Source of the DNA: Cenococcum geophilum
Taxonomy: Eukaryota
Direction: 5' to 3'
DNA length: 64,000 bases
NCBI GenBank assembly: GCA_050273025.1
Contig: CP158635.1
Span: 31,186,001-31,250,000 of the forward strand
Part shown: positions 12,935-27,100 of the stretch, in pieces
Numbering within the stretch: position 1 is the first letter of the stretch
Layout: the number at the start of each line of letters is the position of its first letter
Made by a program: the position numbers and the translations under genes
Notes under the pieces: generated by a model
Seen by the model: only the letters and a program-made list of their open reading frames with translations
The model's database searches: none
Told to the model about the DNA's origin: nothing

Positions 12935-13025
12935 AAGACTTGGCATTTAAGGATCTAACTAATTAGATAACTTTAACCGCCGGTTAAAGTTCCTGGATAT
13001 TTTAATGATATTCCGGTTACGTAAT
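12935..13025 (-). other. Conserved hairpin cassette in the Gypsy B 3' UTR
   Basis: AACTTTAACC-GCC-GGTTAAAGTT (12969-12991) with conserved flanks, also found in D, G and H. Confidence 0.8.
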
Positions 13026-16000
13026 CGCACTTTACTGCAATTTAACAGCAATTTGCCCTTACGTAGCAATAAATAACGGTTTAACTCTATAAGGGCTCCT
13101 ATAGAGGATTGGGTATAAAATCTCTACTTAGGCCTAGTTTCTATAGGTTCGTATAGTAAAAGTCGCTAATTAGATCCTTTGCATTTTTAGAGTCTTCCTA
13201 TAGTTACTATTCTAGCTAATTTATATCGAATCTTGTGTATATAGCTCTGTAATAGAGCTATCGTCCTCTACCTTTACTAAAGTATTTAGAGTTAATAATT
13301 CGTTTAACGGTCCACTCCTTATGGTTTTTATCTTCGTTCTTATCTCGGATTAGTACTAGTAGGGGTTTAGGCTATATCTGCCCTAATAAGAGGTTAGGCT
13401 AATAGAGGTATAGTAGCTATAGGTAAAATATAGGCCATATCCTACGGGTGGCTAGGGTAGGCGGGAGTTCTAGCTTATATGCGGCTCCCCTATTAATAAC
13501 TCGTTTAATTAGATAGGGGCCAAGGTTCTTATAATCGAGTAACTTTATAGGCCTCTATATAGAGATATTGCGTGCATCTAGCTATACCTAGTCACCAATA
13601 CGCATCTCTGGTGGTGGCGTTCTATAGCAGTTAGTAAAGTAGGCCTACTTTACTTAAGCTTAGGCCATTTCTCCCTTATAGTAGTTGAGTAGATTTTTTA
13701 TATAGTCTATATGCTAGTTAACAAGTAGTATCTTAAGGCGTTTTCTATATAGTAGTTTCTTATTAATAGGTTCTGGTAGCTCTATACTAGATTAGGGGTA
13801 ATAACCCTTATTCGCGAAAAACGGGGTAAGTCCTATAGTAGTTAAGACGTAGTTATTTACTGTAAATTTACCTAGTAGGAGGTAATCTACCCAGTTATTT
13901 TAACTATAGGCGACTACCTATCGTAGGTACGCTTTTATACTAGCATTAGCGTTTTCTAGTTGCCTAGCAGTTTTATAGTAAAAGGATATAGATATCTTAA
14001 CGGAGATGCTAAGGCGTTAGCAGATTTGTCTTTATATATTAGAGTTAAATTATATGCCTTAATTAGATGTAATCGAGTTAGGTAATCTATATAGTCGGTA
14101 AACTTCGCAAAGGAAGGCGTTAGTAACGTCGCTAACGGCTACGCCTTCGGTTAGGATATAGTGGCGCTCTTTTATAAGTCGGCATATTATTATAAGGATG
14201 TTCTTATAGGTACAGCCGTATTATTTATAGGGTAGTAGGTTAACAACGAAATCTATAGCGATATCTGTCCATTGTCGTATAGGTACTAGTAAAGGGTATA
14301 GTAATCCTTAGTACTTTATATTAAAGGCCTTAGCACGCTTTTTTTAATTTTTTTTATATCCATTGTATTATACTACGTACAATACTGCGTATACAGCCTC
14401 TAGGCTATAGCGCTATAGTCCTATATACATAAATCCCTTAGGGCAGCTTAATATGTACTAGTAACTATGTCCTAGTAGTTTATAAGCCCCTAAACTAGGG
14501 GTTTATAGTTCCTTAGTAAAATACTAAGTTACAAGCAACTACTAGGGAATAAGAAAACGGTAGAAAACTATAAGAAATAAGAAATCCTAACGCCTTTCCC
14601 TATCCTTTTGTAATTTATTTCTGTCCTTTTGCTTACTAATATCTCTTTTCTAAGAGCCTAGTAGGAGTTACCTCCTATAGATCCTGCTGTTATTAGCCAC
14701 TTTCTAGTAGCTATCCCTGTCCTACTTAGAAATAGAAAAAGCGCCTCTCTTCCTTTTTGTGTACAAAATAGCTTCTTTAGAGAGAGAGAAGAGCCTAGTT
14801 TCTTTCGCATTTCTCTTCTTTCTTCCCTATATAGGTTGCAGTCTAGTAGTAGATGTCTAGGGGTTTGTGGTGCTCTACATTCCCTAAAGCATCTACCTTC
14901 TTTATCCTCTCCTATTACTTTAGTAAAGGATTTAAAATAGCCTTTTCCTAGCTTTAGCTGGAAGAAAGCCGATTATAGCCTTTTAGGATATTTATCCTTA
15001 GGGGCTTTAAGAGAAAAGGAATGGCTTCCTTTACAGATCCTAGTATAGTGTTTTCCTTTATTCTTATTCTGCTACTAGTTATTTTTCCACTATTCTAGTA
15101 TCTCTTCTCTTGCCGCTCTCCCTATATAGGCTAAGGAGGTATAAGAAGATTATAGTTTTCTTCTAGAAAGGCCCTTTTTTGCTAGCTTATCTACTATTTC
15201 GTTCCCATAGATTCCTAAATGGCTAGGAACCCAGTAGAAGTTAATAGAGATCCCCTTACTAGCTAAATAGGAACAGCTTTGCGTAATTTTAAAGACTAGT
15301 TCTTGCCCCCCTGTAAGAGAATTAAGCTGTAATCTCTTAATAGCCGCTTGGCTATCTATAAAGATATAGACTTGTTCTCTTCTAGTCTTTATTATTTTAG
15401 GTGTTCTAGGGCCCTATAAACTGCATAAAGCTCTACGTCTATAATTTCCATATAGGGTCCTAGATTCCAGTTCGTTGCATATTTAATCCTATTTCTCTCC
15501 CCTATTTTATATATAGCAGCTACATTAAATTTATTGTCTTTAGAGCTATCTATATAGTATATATCTACTAGGTCCCACTCTAAGGATTCTTATAAACTTT
15601 CTACTAGTCTTAGATGTTCTTATGCAGCTTCTTTTTTACTATATTACGGCTTAAATAAATGCCTCTAAACCGAAGCTTGAATGAATGCTATATTACGAAG
15701 ATACTAAGCTAAAGAGAAGGAAAAGGGGTCGCTAGGACCGATGTAAACAAATATATAGGGTAAGCCGCTAAGGCGCTAGCTTTAGGCGGGCTAATCGCAG
15801 GTCGGCAGAATATGGCAGAATTTAGCAGGTAACGTACGATAGCGCCGTTATATCACCCCCCTCTTTAAAGAAAGCCTGCCCTTAGGCTTAGTTAGAAATA
15901 GGGTAGTACTAGGCTTATAAACATAGGATTACAAAATATAAGATAAGGAGATAAAGGGGACACAAATACGTCTAGACTAAGTATAAAGGGCGATTATAGG

Positions 16001-16039
16001 CTAAGTGGAAGCACTAGGCCAGAAAGAGTAGCCGCTAAA

Positions 16040-16101
16040 AGTCTTGGCATAGATCTAACTAATTAGACAACTTTGACCGGCGGTTAAAGTTCCTAAATAT
16101 C
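16040..16101 (-). other. Conserved hairpin cassette in the Gypsy D 3' UTR
   Basis: AACTTTGACC-GGC-GGTTAAAGTT (16069-16091) plus conserved flanks. Confidence 0.8.
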
Positions 16102-16833
16102 TAATATTTTACGGTACTAGCAGAAAACGGCAGAATATAGCAGAATTTGGCAGATAGCTGTATTAGGGCTTTAGGGCGTTTTTGTCCCTATATTCTTCCG
16201 GTAACTTATCGTCTTTATTATACTAGCATTTTATCTATTTATCTAGGTACTTTAGGGGTCTAGGCGCATTAGGGTATTAGTTATAGAATTCTTTAAGCTT
16301 TTAGGGGTAGCCTATAAAGTTCTATATAGGGTACTAGGTTGGGTTAGGATTGTAGCCCTTCCATTAAATATAGTATTTTAGCGTTCCCCGTACTATCTTA
16401 CAGGCCAGTATTTTATTAACCTCCTATTCGCTATTACCGTTTACTTAAACTAGTAGGGGAGGCTTGTTCTTTTGTCTAGGTAATAAATTATTTATAGCTT
16501 TTCGTAACTTATCCGGTAAGAAAATAGGGTAAACCCTAATTAAATCTGGGAGCTTTATCTTATACAAGTTGCCTATCTTCTTAAGAACCTTATACGGTCT
16601 TACTATCTAGTAGTCTAGCTTACGGCTAGGTCGTTCGGTCTTCTAATTCCTTATTATAACCTAGACTATATCGCTAGGGGTAAAATCGGGCTCTCGACGG
16701 TGTTTGTTTGCCTGCTGTTCCATTAACCTCTAAGCTTTTTCCAGATTCTTACGGGCTACCGTCTAGGCCTCCTTTAATTATTTAGCGTACTGTTAGGCCT
16801 CGGCATAGGATAGCTTCTCTTATATAGTTTAGG

Positions 16834-18166
16834 TGTCACAGTACGTGCGGACTGTCAAGGTACGATATACGAGGTGACTGTATATAATTAACAAACGATG
16901 TCGTGTGAGGATCTATGTAGGAGGTGAGGCGGTATATATACGTGTCGCTCAGGGGTCAGGTCCGTGCTCATGCATACGCGTACACGAGCCATAACAACGC
17001 GTCAGGTCAGTGCCGTGATAGTACATCCCTCCCCAATAAGACGAGCTCCTGTAAGCCAAGTGACGGCAGTAAAAACACAGAGATAAAAAAAAATAGACCA
17101 TATATCCTTATCCTTCCAGTCCTTAAAGGTTCTCGTCCTTCCAGTCCTTAAAGGTCCTCGTCCTTATAGTCCTTAGACCCTCCTACCTATATCCCTACTA
17201 CATCGCTCTCCGCTAGTGCTCGTCTCAAGCACTAAATAAAGCCAAAGGCGAAGGGGTAAAACAGAGGAGACGAAAAAAAATGTAACCGTAGGGCGTAATT
17301 TTGCGGATATTAACACTCGAAAGGCTCGGTTACAGAGATTAAGGTTATTACGTAGACTTAAAAGGCTCGGGGTACGGAGATCGAGATTAAGGCGTAGACT
17401 TAAAAGGCTTAGAGGTTATAGAGATTGAGGTTAAAGTATAGGCTCAAAAGGCTTAGGGTGCGGAGATTGAGGTTAAAACGTAGATTCTTGTCGTGGTAAA
17501 CTTAAAGTACTATCTGTACAAATTTAAAGACGGAAAGACAAGGAGACAAAAAGACGAGATCGTAACCCATAGTCTTACACTGTAATTAAAACACAAGGAC
17601 ATAGCCCGCAGGGTATCTCTCTGCAGCCGGCTTTAGAAACTTAGGACATAAAGTAGAAGCATAGCTAGATACGGAGACTCGGAGACTAAGATAGAGAAAC
17701 CATAGCCCATAGGGTGTCTCCCTACTACCGGCCTAGGAAACTCAGAGACTAAGAAGAGAAACTATAGCCCGCAGGGTGTCTCCCTACTGCCAGCTTAGAA
17801 ACTTAAAGAGGAGAGATCGGCTCGGGTACTCGAATAGATTTAACAGAGATTTTACTAGGTCGCATTGACGTGGAACAGGGGTAAGAATCCCGCCCGGGGT
17901 AGGGTCGTAGCTTTAGAATATAGCTTTAGAACAGTGGAAACAAAGCCCTACTAGGGGCGTAAGGTATGACACGATATACTGTCACAGTACGTGCGGACTG
18001 TCAAGGTACGATGTACGAGGTGACTGTATATGATTGACAAACGATGTCGTGTGAGGATCTATGTAGGAGGTGAGGCGGTATATATACGTGTCGCTTAGGG
18101 GTCAGGTCCGTGCTCATGTATACGCGTACACGAGCCATAACAACGCGTCAGGTCAGTGCCATGACA
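16834..18166 (-). mobile_element. Non-autonomous LTR element (TRIM-like) E1
   Basis: 187-bp LTRs 16834-17020 and 17980-18166; TSD TTAGG; reverse PPT after 17020; non-coding interior with ~23-, ~40- and ~60-bp tandem repeats. Confidence 0.95.
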
Positions 18167-21100
18167 TTAGGGTTCTTTTAGCCTTTTCTAGTTAAAGCTT
18201 ATGTGGGGTAAGTATCCCATTTTTAGCTAAATCGGGGCAAACCCTATAAAGTTATAGGGTAAGGTTGCTTGCGCGTAGTCTATTAAGGGTAGTAGTTTAG
18301 ACCAGTTATCCTAGAAATAGTTAATAAAGGGCCTAAGCCTCTGGTCTAGGTACTAATTTATAATCTCTGTCTAACCATTTATCTGGGGGTAATAAGCCGT
18401 AGAAAGCTTTAGCTTAATACCTAGGATCCGGGTAAACTTATTCTAAAAGGCCGATATAAACTGTGGCTTATAATCAGACATAATAGTATTTAGTAGTCCG
18501 TAGATTTGGTAGACGTAATGGATATATAGCTAGGCTGCCTCTTTAGCATCAATGTTCTTATAATAGGGAATTAAGAACGGGCGTTTACTAAAGCGTTCGA
18601 CTATAATTATAACTATATTATATCCGTTACGGTCCCTAGGTAGTTTATAGAAGTCTATAAAGATATACTATTAAGGGCGCTCTAGTATCGGGAGTAGCTT
18701 AAGTAGTCCTAGGGTCTTATCCCGTGGGATTATAGCTCTCTAGCAGTCTTTGCAGTTCCGTATATATTAATCGATATCTACAACCATTCTCGGCTAGTAG
18801 TAGCGGTAGTTAATAATTTTACGGGTCTTGTTCTTGCTAGGGTATACCGTAGAGACTTAGCAATAAGCTTCGCGGATTAGTTCGGTCTATAGATTATTAA
18901 CATTAGGGACTATAAGCCGCTCCTAATATAGGAGCAATCCTTCCTCCGTCTTAAAATCGGGGTCTCCTTTTACGGCTTATTTACGGAGGGCCCTTAAGGC
19001 GTTAGCCGTGCGGTTTATAGTTAGGAGGCGGTTAATTAGCCCTATTAGCTTATCTAAGGACTCCTCTATTAGTGCTAGCTCGTTTTACTAGGAGTCTAGC
19101 TCCTTAAGGATCCGCAGGTTGAGCTGTTTTAGATAGAGGAGGGCGCGCGTCTAATATTAGGCCTTTAGCTTATCTTAGGGTCCTACGTCTTATTATCTTT
19201 AGATAAGGGCATTAGCCTTAGAGTTTTGCTTGCTAGAATAATACATAATCGTAAAGAAGAATTAGGAGAGTATTTTGGCCCACTGGGCCTATTATCTAGT
19301 AAGCTGCTTTATAGTTATAAAGTACTCTAGGGCTTTATAATCTGTATATATCTTAATCCAGGAGTTTATACCTTTAAGCTCTGCGCGCTATTAAAAGAGT
19401 AATTAAATAATAACTAGCATTTCTTTATCGTGTACTTTGTAGTTACACTTAGCCGGGTCTATTGTCTTTAAGAAAAAAGCCATAGGGTACCATTTACCAT
19501 CTAGATGTAACTGTGATAGGATTCCCGCTATAACCCTATTAGAGGCATCCGTTTCTAGCATTAATTTAAGGTCCGGGTTATAGTAATAAAGGATTAGGGA
19601 AGAGATAAGCCGATCCTTTATCTCTTTAAAGGCTTTTATATAGCTATTATTAAAGACAAAAGGCGTATCCTTTCTAGTTAGTTATATAAGAGGTTTTACC
19701 ACAATTCCGTAGTTATAGATAAACCGGCGGTAGAAGTTGTAGAAGTTAAGGAAGGACTAAATTTCTTTTACCGTATAAGGGGGCTTCCAGTTACGGATTG
19801 CCTCTACCTTCTTAGGGTCGACCTTAATTCCTTCTATAGTTATAATAAACCCGAGGTATTTTGTATATTTTACCCTAAACTCGCATTTCTTAATATTAAC
19901 TTATAAGCCCGCGTTCCGTAGTCTCTCTAGGACCTTTTTAATATAAACTTAATACTTAAGTTCGTTATCTAAGTATATAAGAATGTCGTCTAGGTATGCT
20001 GTACAGAATTTGTTAAGGTAATTAAAAAGAACGTCATTTATATACCTTTAGTACGTAGCTGGTCCGTTTATTAGTCTAAAAGGAAGAACTTTATATTTAT
20101 AGGAACTATAATGGGTACGGAACGTTATTAAATCTTTAAATGTAGGGTCTATCCTAATTCGGTAGAAAGCTTAGCAGATATTAAGTTTGGTAAAGATCTT
20201 CGCCTAGCTTAGACGTATAAGGGTCTCATTAATTAAAGGAATAAAATACCGGTCCTTTTAAGTAATAGCGTTTAGCTTTTAATAGTCGATATAAAAATAA
20301 AGGCCTCTATTAGGCTTTTTTATAAATAGGATAGGGGAAGTAAAAGGGGCTTAATTTAGCTCAATAAACCCTTTATCCAAGTTGTTAATTAAATACTGCT
20401 TTATTGCTTTTAGCTTATCCATTAACTAATAGTAGAGGGGGCTATAGCCTAGCGAGTTATTGGCTTCTAATTAAATCTTATAATTATACGTCTAGTAGGG
20501 GGGTAACTTATCTAAGGCCGCCTTTGAGAATGCATCCTTATAGTTTATATAAATAGTAGGAAGGAGGTATTTAACTAGTTCCTCGTCGGTTTCCTTAGCT
20601 AGCCTTTCCTCTCTATTATTAATAATTTAGTTAATTTTATATAGGCTCGTTGTAAAGACCTTATTGTCCTTCCGGTATATATTAAAGTGAAACGCTATAG
20701 CGCTAATTACGGCAATGTTTATAGTAGGGGGGTTACCTAATAATAGGGGCGTACGTGACTTTAGGGACTTCTAGGGTACTGGCGTTATCGTTACCCCTTT
20801 TAGCTCCTATTATATCTTTTAGAGGTTATCCCTTATATCCTATTAATACGTTCTTTTCTATACTAGTTAGATCCGTGCGATTTAAACGTTATCTATATCA
20901 CTATCTATCTCGCTTCTGTACGTAGAGTCCTCTTTAAACATAGCGCTTTAGGAGAGTATCTTTATCAGTATAGAGTTCTTTCTAGCTTCGCGGCGGGCGT
21001 CTTCTTAGGTAAAGGTTAGGTCACGGGCTTAGACATCCTACTAGTAGGTAGGGTTAGCCCTTGCGGCTAGTGTCTTGCGGTTAGTTCGGATCTCCCTAAT

Positions 21101-24100
21101 AAAGGAGGGCAACCTTAGTCTATCCTCTGGCTAGATAAACCGTCTTTATTACATATTTAACCAGATATTAAAATAGGATATCTATTTTTATTTAAGGATT
21201 ATATTATAAGACCCTAGGTCTAGGATACAAAAGGGGATACCGTATTAGCGTCATCCGTTAAGAGCGATATGTAACTTTAAGACGTAGGTAACGGGCCGAC
21301 CGGCTTAGCTATTATAGCCTTTTACCTAAATAGGCTTCTGTAGTTAGATAGCTTCTATATTTAGAAACTTAGTAACATTATTTATATAGGCAGTATTTAT
21401 AAAGGCGAAGCTATTTACTCCAGTGTTAATAAGGGCGATTGTATTAACTCTATATCTATTTCGAGATACTATATATAGAAACATAAAATACTTTCCACCT
21501 ATTAACTAACTAAGATTAATCTCTTTAAGATTAATAGGGTACCCTAGGGGGGAGTCTTTCCCTAGGGTTCCTTTTTTCCCAACTTATCTAATATTTCTTT
21601 TTCCTCTATCTCCTTAATATTGCCTATATCCTTTAGCTCCGGGCAGGATAAGATAAAGTGACCCTACTTATTGCAGTTAAAGCATATAGCCGAGGCAGGG
21701 TCAATCGGAGTATTACGGCGAATACTAGTTAATGGCGTAGTACGTAACTGGTTAGGCGAGGCTCGCTAATACATAGTTATAACCGCCTTTAGTAAAAGAG
21801 TAGTTATAACTTATCTTCCTGCTCTAGCTCCTATAGGTATAGCTAGTAAATTCCAATTATTACAGAGTCGCTTCTGCCGATTAGGGTAGGCGTTAATTCG
21901 CTTTAGTTTTAAGTCTAATAATAGGTAACAAGCTGCGAGTTTTTTTATAGGTTAGTAGGTTATCTAAGGTTATAGCGATCTTTTCTTATAGCCGGATTAT
22001 CAGCTTATTATATAGGTCTAATCGGTAGTTCTTAAGGGGGACCTGGCCTTCTCCTATAAGGTATAGGAATTAAGTCTAGAATTTAGTAAAGGGTTAGTTT
22101 AGTTTTATTATTAGGCGATTATAGTTATAACGGGCATCCCGTACTTTATTCGGGTTAACATAAATAGCCGCTAGGTGCCGTATTATCTTATTAACAGATA
22201 TAAATTAGATAGGGGAGTCGTCCTCAAACTTGGCTTAAAGGTGCCGTTAGGCGTCCCTAGTGGTTTAACTAAAGAGGTAGAGCATTTTGGCTTTTTTTAG
22301 AAAGGAAATAGTTATAGTTAACACGGAGCTTTCCTTATACTTAAATCCTCCAATTCTTAAAAGTAGGGTCTATCCCATTAGATAGTAGTAGGGGGTTAGG
22401 GAGCTTAACGGACTTTAATTACTTTATTATTATATCCGTACTCCCTGGTATATCACATTCAGTAGAGTAAACAGGTCGGCTAGGGCTTTAAGAAGGGGAA
22501 GCTAGGCTATTTTATAGGGCCGCAAGGCTTTCTAGGATCTCTTGTAGGGTCTTTTATATATTTCTTGCTTTAAGACGATCGGCTTCCTAGCTGGCTGCGA
22601 GGGCACAAATCTGCTCGCGTACGTCTACGACGTTATTATTATCTTCAATTTCTAATCCTAATTAGATCTTAGGTTCCTCTTAGGTAAAGGCAGCTCTCTT
22701 AAATAAGCTTGCTTTAGGTACCATCATTAACTTCCTAAGGTTCGTTAGTATCGTACGCTTTAGTTTCGATTCTAGGGGTATAGGTCCAGTCCTATCTAGC
22801 TTATAAGGTAGGATATTATCTAGGCCTTCCCAGGTAATATAGAGTTATTTTAGTGTCTAAGTATAGCGCGTTAATACGTCATTGCAGATGAAGTTTCTTT
22901 AGGGTGGGATATTATTAAGGCCTTCCCAGGTAAGGTAGGGAGAGCTTAGTATAATATCATGGCTTAAACAAATGCCTCTAAACCGAAGTTTAAACGAATA
23001 CTATATTACGAAGATACTAAGCTAAAGAGAAGGAAAAGGGGTCGCTAGGACTGATGTAAACAAATATATAGGGTGAGCCGCCAAGGCGCTAGCTTTAGGC
23101 GGGCCAATCGCAGGTCGGCAGAATATGGCAAAATTTGGCAGGTAACGTGCAATAGCGCCGTTATATACTACCCCTTGAGATAGAAAAGAATGCAGAGATA
23201 GGAGGAGACCACGGTTTTTGCCATTCTAGAGAGATTCTCTCTATTTTCCAGTTTTGAATTAGCTGCTAAACTCTAGAGGCTAAAGATAGTAGCTATATCT
23301 TTGGCTGTAAGAGGTACTTTATAGTAGAGTTTTTAGGGCTAGAACTAGAGCTAGAATTAGCTGCTAATTCATCCCTATCTTTGTTGATCTCTTCTATATA
23401 GACCTTCTTAATTACATGGTTTTCCTTGAATTTTAGGATTCTTAATACGTAGTTATTGCAAAGCTTTTCAAATCTAATTCTAGGAGGAGGAATAGAGGCT
23501 TCGATCTCTACAGCTTGGCTAGGAGATCCTTTAAACGCTCCTAGAACTAGTTTTAGGGCCTCGTTTTGTAGAGATTAGTACCTATCTAGTAGGTAGTCTC
23601 TAGATTTGCTTTTCCACCAGCATTATACACCGTAGTCTGCTATAGTAGTAACGCAAGCTATATAGAGCTGTCGTAGGGTTTGTAGAGATAGACCTCTTTA
23701 TATATTACCTAGTCTTCTAATTAAATAGAAGGCTGTTTTTGCTTTAGAGATTTGTATTTCTATATATTGTTTAAAAGTAAGCTTAGAGTCTAGAAATACC
23801 CCTAACTACCTAACTAGGGGTTTAGGGGATATTTCTACGTCTCCTAGCTTTAACCCTTCTTCTATAGTAGTGCGTTTACTATAGAAGTGTATAAGCTCTA
23901 TTTTACTAACGTCGAAACTAATAGCAGCTTCCTTAGCTCTAGACATTAGTTCTAGCGCTATTTTCTCTAGCTTTTTACAATTAGACTTAGCTGAATTTAA
24001 GGTAACTATAATTGCAAAATCGTCCATATAGCTAAGAGAGTAGGCTCCTTCTGTCTGTATGCTGCAGATATTGCGTATATATAGTAGAAATAAAATAGGG

Positions 24101-27100
24101 GATATAGGCGATCCCTGTGGTATCCCTGTTTCTAGTTCTACTTTTTCTTATATTTGCCCATTAAAGGAAAGCTATAGCTTTCTATTGCTAAGGAAAGTAG
24201 CTACCTATTATATAAACGCTATAGGTGGTCCTAGTTCCTTACAGATAGATAAAAGCTGGTTTTTAGAGACATGGTCAAAAGCCCCTCTTACATCTAGGAA
24301 TAACGTAGTGGCTATCCTTTATCTAGCTTTTTTCCTACTATTTTTAGATTAGATATTATTTAGAAGTAATAAAACTGCGTCTATTGCAGACCGCTGTCTT
24401 CTTCCTCCTAGTTAAGAATCTTAAAGTAAGCTAGTAGTACTAGCTAGATATCCTAATCTAGTAGCAAAGATCTTTTCTAAAGTCTTTCCTAGGCAGTTTA
24501 GTAAGGAGATAGGTCTATAGGACTTTAGTAAGGAATAGTCCTCCTTATTTACTTTAGGGAGAATAACTCCTTGAGCTTCTCTCCAGACCTTTAGCTAATA
24601 GCCTAGGATAAACAAAATCCTATAGATTCTATATAGAAGATCTTCTATAGTAGGGTAGGCCTTTTATAGAATTGTAAAAGATATCCTATCTTGTCCTAGA
24701 GCCTTTTTATTAGAGCTAGAGAAAATTGCTTATTTAACTTCTATTTTCTCTTGTTCTGGCCATTCCCATTTATTGTCTATTATATAGTCCTTCCACTTTA
24801 TAGGGCCAGTAAAAAGGGGGGGTTTAGGGAATAGAGTAGTTATAAAAGCTTTACACTAGTCCTCAAAGCTTTCTACTAGTCTAGTATTCCCGTCTTTACT
24901 ATACTATAGACTAGGGATTATTCGCAATGTTCTCTCCTTTATATATTTTAGGGCAGTAAAGACTTCCTTTCCTTATGCTTTTTCTAGGAAGCTATTCCAG
25001 CAGCTAGTCTTGGCTTCTCTTATTGCGTAGAAGTATTAATTTTTGGCTTCTTTATAGGCTTCTAGTCTAGAACTTCTAGTAGGTTGTTCTTCTTAAAGTC
25101 TTCCTAGTTTTACCATTTTTTGTCTTTTCTTTAGAAGCTCTTTATTCCACTATAGTTTAGAGAATTCGCAGGTTCTAGATCTAGGGATAGCTTTCTCTAC
25201 TACTAGCTTTATACCTCTAGTAAGATCTATTACTAGATTATCTACTAGTATACTTAAGCTTCTATCCCTAGGTCTATAGGAATCTTCTAAAGAGGCTAGG
25301 GGACCTTTTTCTCCTATCTCTATATAGGGGTTTTCTCCTACTAGTTCTTCTAGTACTAAAAGTTTCGCTTCTAGTTCTAGCTCTAGAACTTACTCTTTTA
25401 AAGAGGTAGAGAAAAGCTCCCAGTTTGCCTTTTTTATAGAAAAAGGAGTTTCTTAAAGAGGGTTTAGGTATCTTTACATCTCTCTAGTAAATAGAGAGAA
25501 TGCTATAGTCTTGTAATCAGATCCTGTTTCTTCTATTATAGTCCAATTATCCCAGGTATTTTCTTGGAAGTTTCCTAAGTAGAAGGCTAGGTCTATAATA
25601 GACTTTTCCCTTATATTAGATCTATAGAAGGTCCCTTCCTATTCGTCTAAATTTAGTAGTTGCCAGTTATATTTGTCTAGCCAGTCTACTAGTTCTTTAG
25701 CCTCCTTAGTTAGGTTCCTAGCTAGCGCGTTCCACCGTTTATGGTATAGGTTATAGTCTCCTATTAGTACAAAAGGGAGATCTATTTCCAGTTCTAGAAT
25801 GGCCCTAGAGATAGTAGTTATACTACTTCTTTAGGTTCTAGAGTTTTCGTCCAGTTATCTCTCATTATAGATATTAAATAGTAGAAATCTTTCAAGTTAG
25901 CCATAGATTTCTAATACTATAATATCTATATCTTTGCAGATATCCTCCCTATTTCTATATTGTAGAATACTAGAAATAGTTTTCCTTATATAGATAGCTA
26001 CTCTAGGTCGAATAGCTAGATTACTAGGGAGAATTAGGTTAAATACAGGATATAGAATAGAAAAGTAGAATTCTTTTTGTCTATCTTTCCAGGTACTAGG
26101 CTCTTATACTAGAATAATATCTATTTTTTCCTAAATCCTATTTCTAGTAGGGTTTGCTGTACTTCTTATCTTTTTCCTACATTATGTTGTATAAAGGAGA
26201 TTTCTCCCCTAGTTTTAGAAACTAGAGAGATCTCTTCTTCTTCCTATATAGAACCTTCTAAGCTTATACTCATTAATATACTAGCTTAGCTGCTTTAAGA
26301 GACTCACAGTCTTTGCTATTAGCAAAGTGATTTTCTTTACAATTGCTGCAAAGAGGGGTAGTATACTCGCAAGGTCTTCCTATTATATTACAAGTAGAAC
26401 AGGAATAGTCCTTAGATAAATATACCGCTGTACAAAATCGACAGGCCTTGGTAGAGCATCTATCTCCTATATGGCCAAATTTTTAGCAACTTGTACACTG
26501 TATAGTAGGAGAGACTTTTAGGTATTTAACTACCTTAGCAGCTACCCCTGCAATTAGGATTTCCTTCTACTTAAGGATTTCCTGTCTTTTCTCCTCATTT
26601 TCTATAGTAAAGACTATAGAGCCGAACCTAGTTTGTGGATTATATCTCTTTTCCCTAGATAAGATCCATCTAGGTAATCCCTATATTCTAATAGGATTAA
26701 AAGTCTCTATTTCTTCTTTCAGAAGTTTAGAGCCTCCTTCTCCTAGGAAAGGGGAGATAGGGACGCTATAAGCTACTACCTAAGCCCAGGGCTCTAGTTT
26801 TTATTCTCTTTTAAAAGAGAAGCAGTTAGACCAGATTTCCTTATATTTAACTAAATACTCTACATCGTATTCTTCTGTAGTTATAAGGAGAATATTCTGC
26901 TTTTCTCTAGTTCTAGCTATAGTAGCTATTACTAGCTTCTCTATTTGCAGTTTAGATCTAAATAGTTAATTAACTTAATTTCGTAGAGAGAAGACATCTA
27001 GAGGCTAGTCCTTTTAGTCTATAACTAGGACTAGTCTCCTTTCTTATAACTGCTTCTTTTTTCCTCTAGTAGAGGTAGAGCTGTAGAACTAGTAAGGGGA

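Larger units (their letters stand above)
15642..23165 (-). mobile_element. Gypsy/chromovirus LTR retrotransposon D (RIPed), nested in LINE C
   Basis: 211-bp LTRs 15642-15852 and 22955-23165; TSD TACTA; RT AYLDDI at ~19982-19999; Gag CCHC ~21640-21690; integrase and chromodomain. Confidence 0.95.

Noticed and set aside
12955..12995. Hammerhead ribozyme reading of the shared cassette (CTAATTAG as RIPed CTGATGAG)
   Set aside because: RIP cannot turn the required G of CUGANGA into T, and no GAAA follows the stem.
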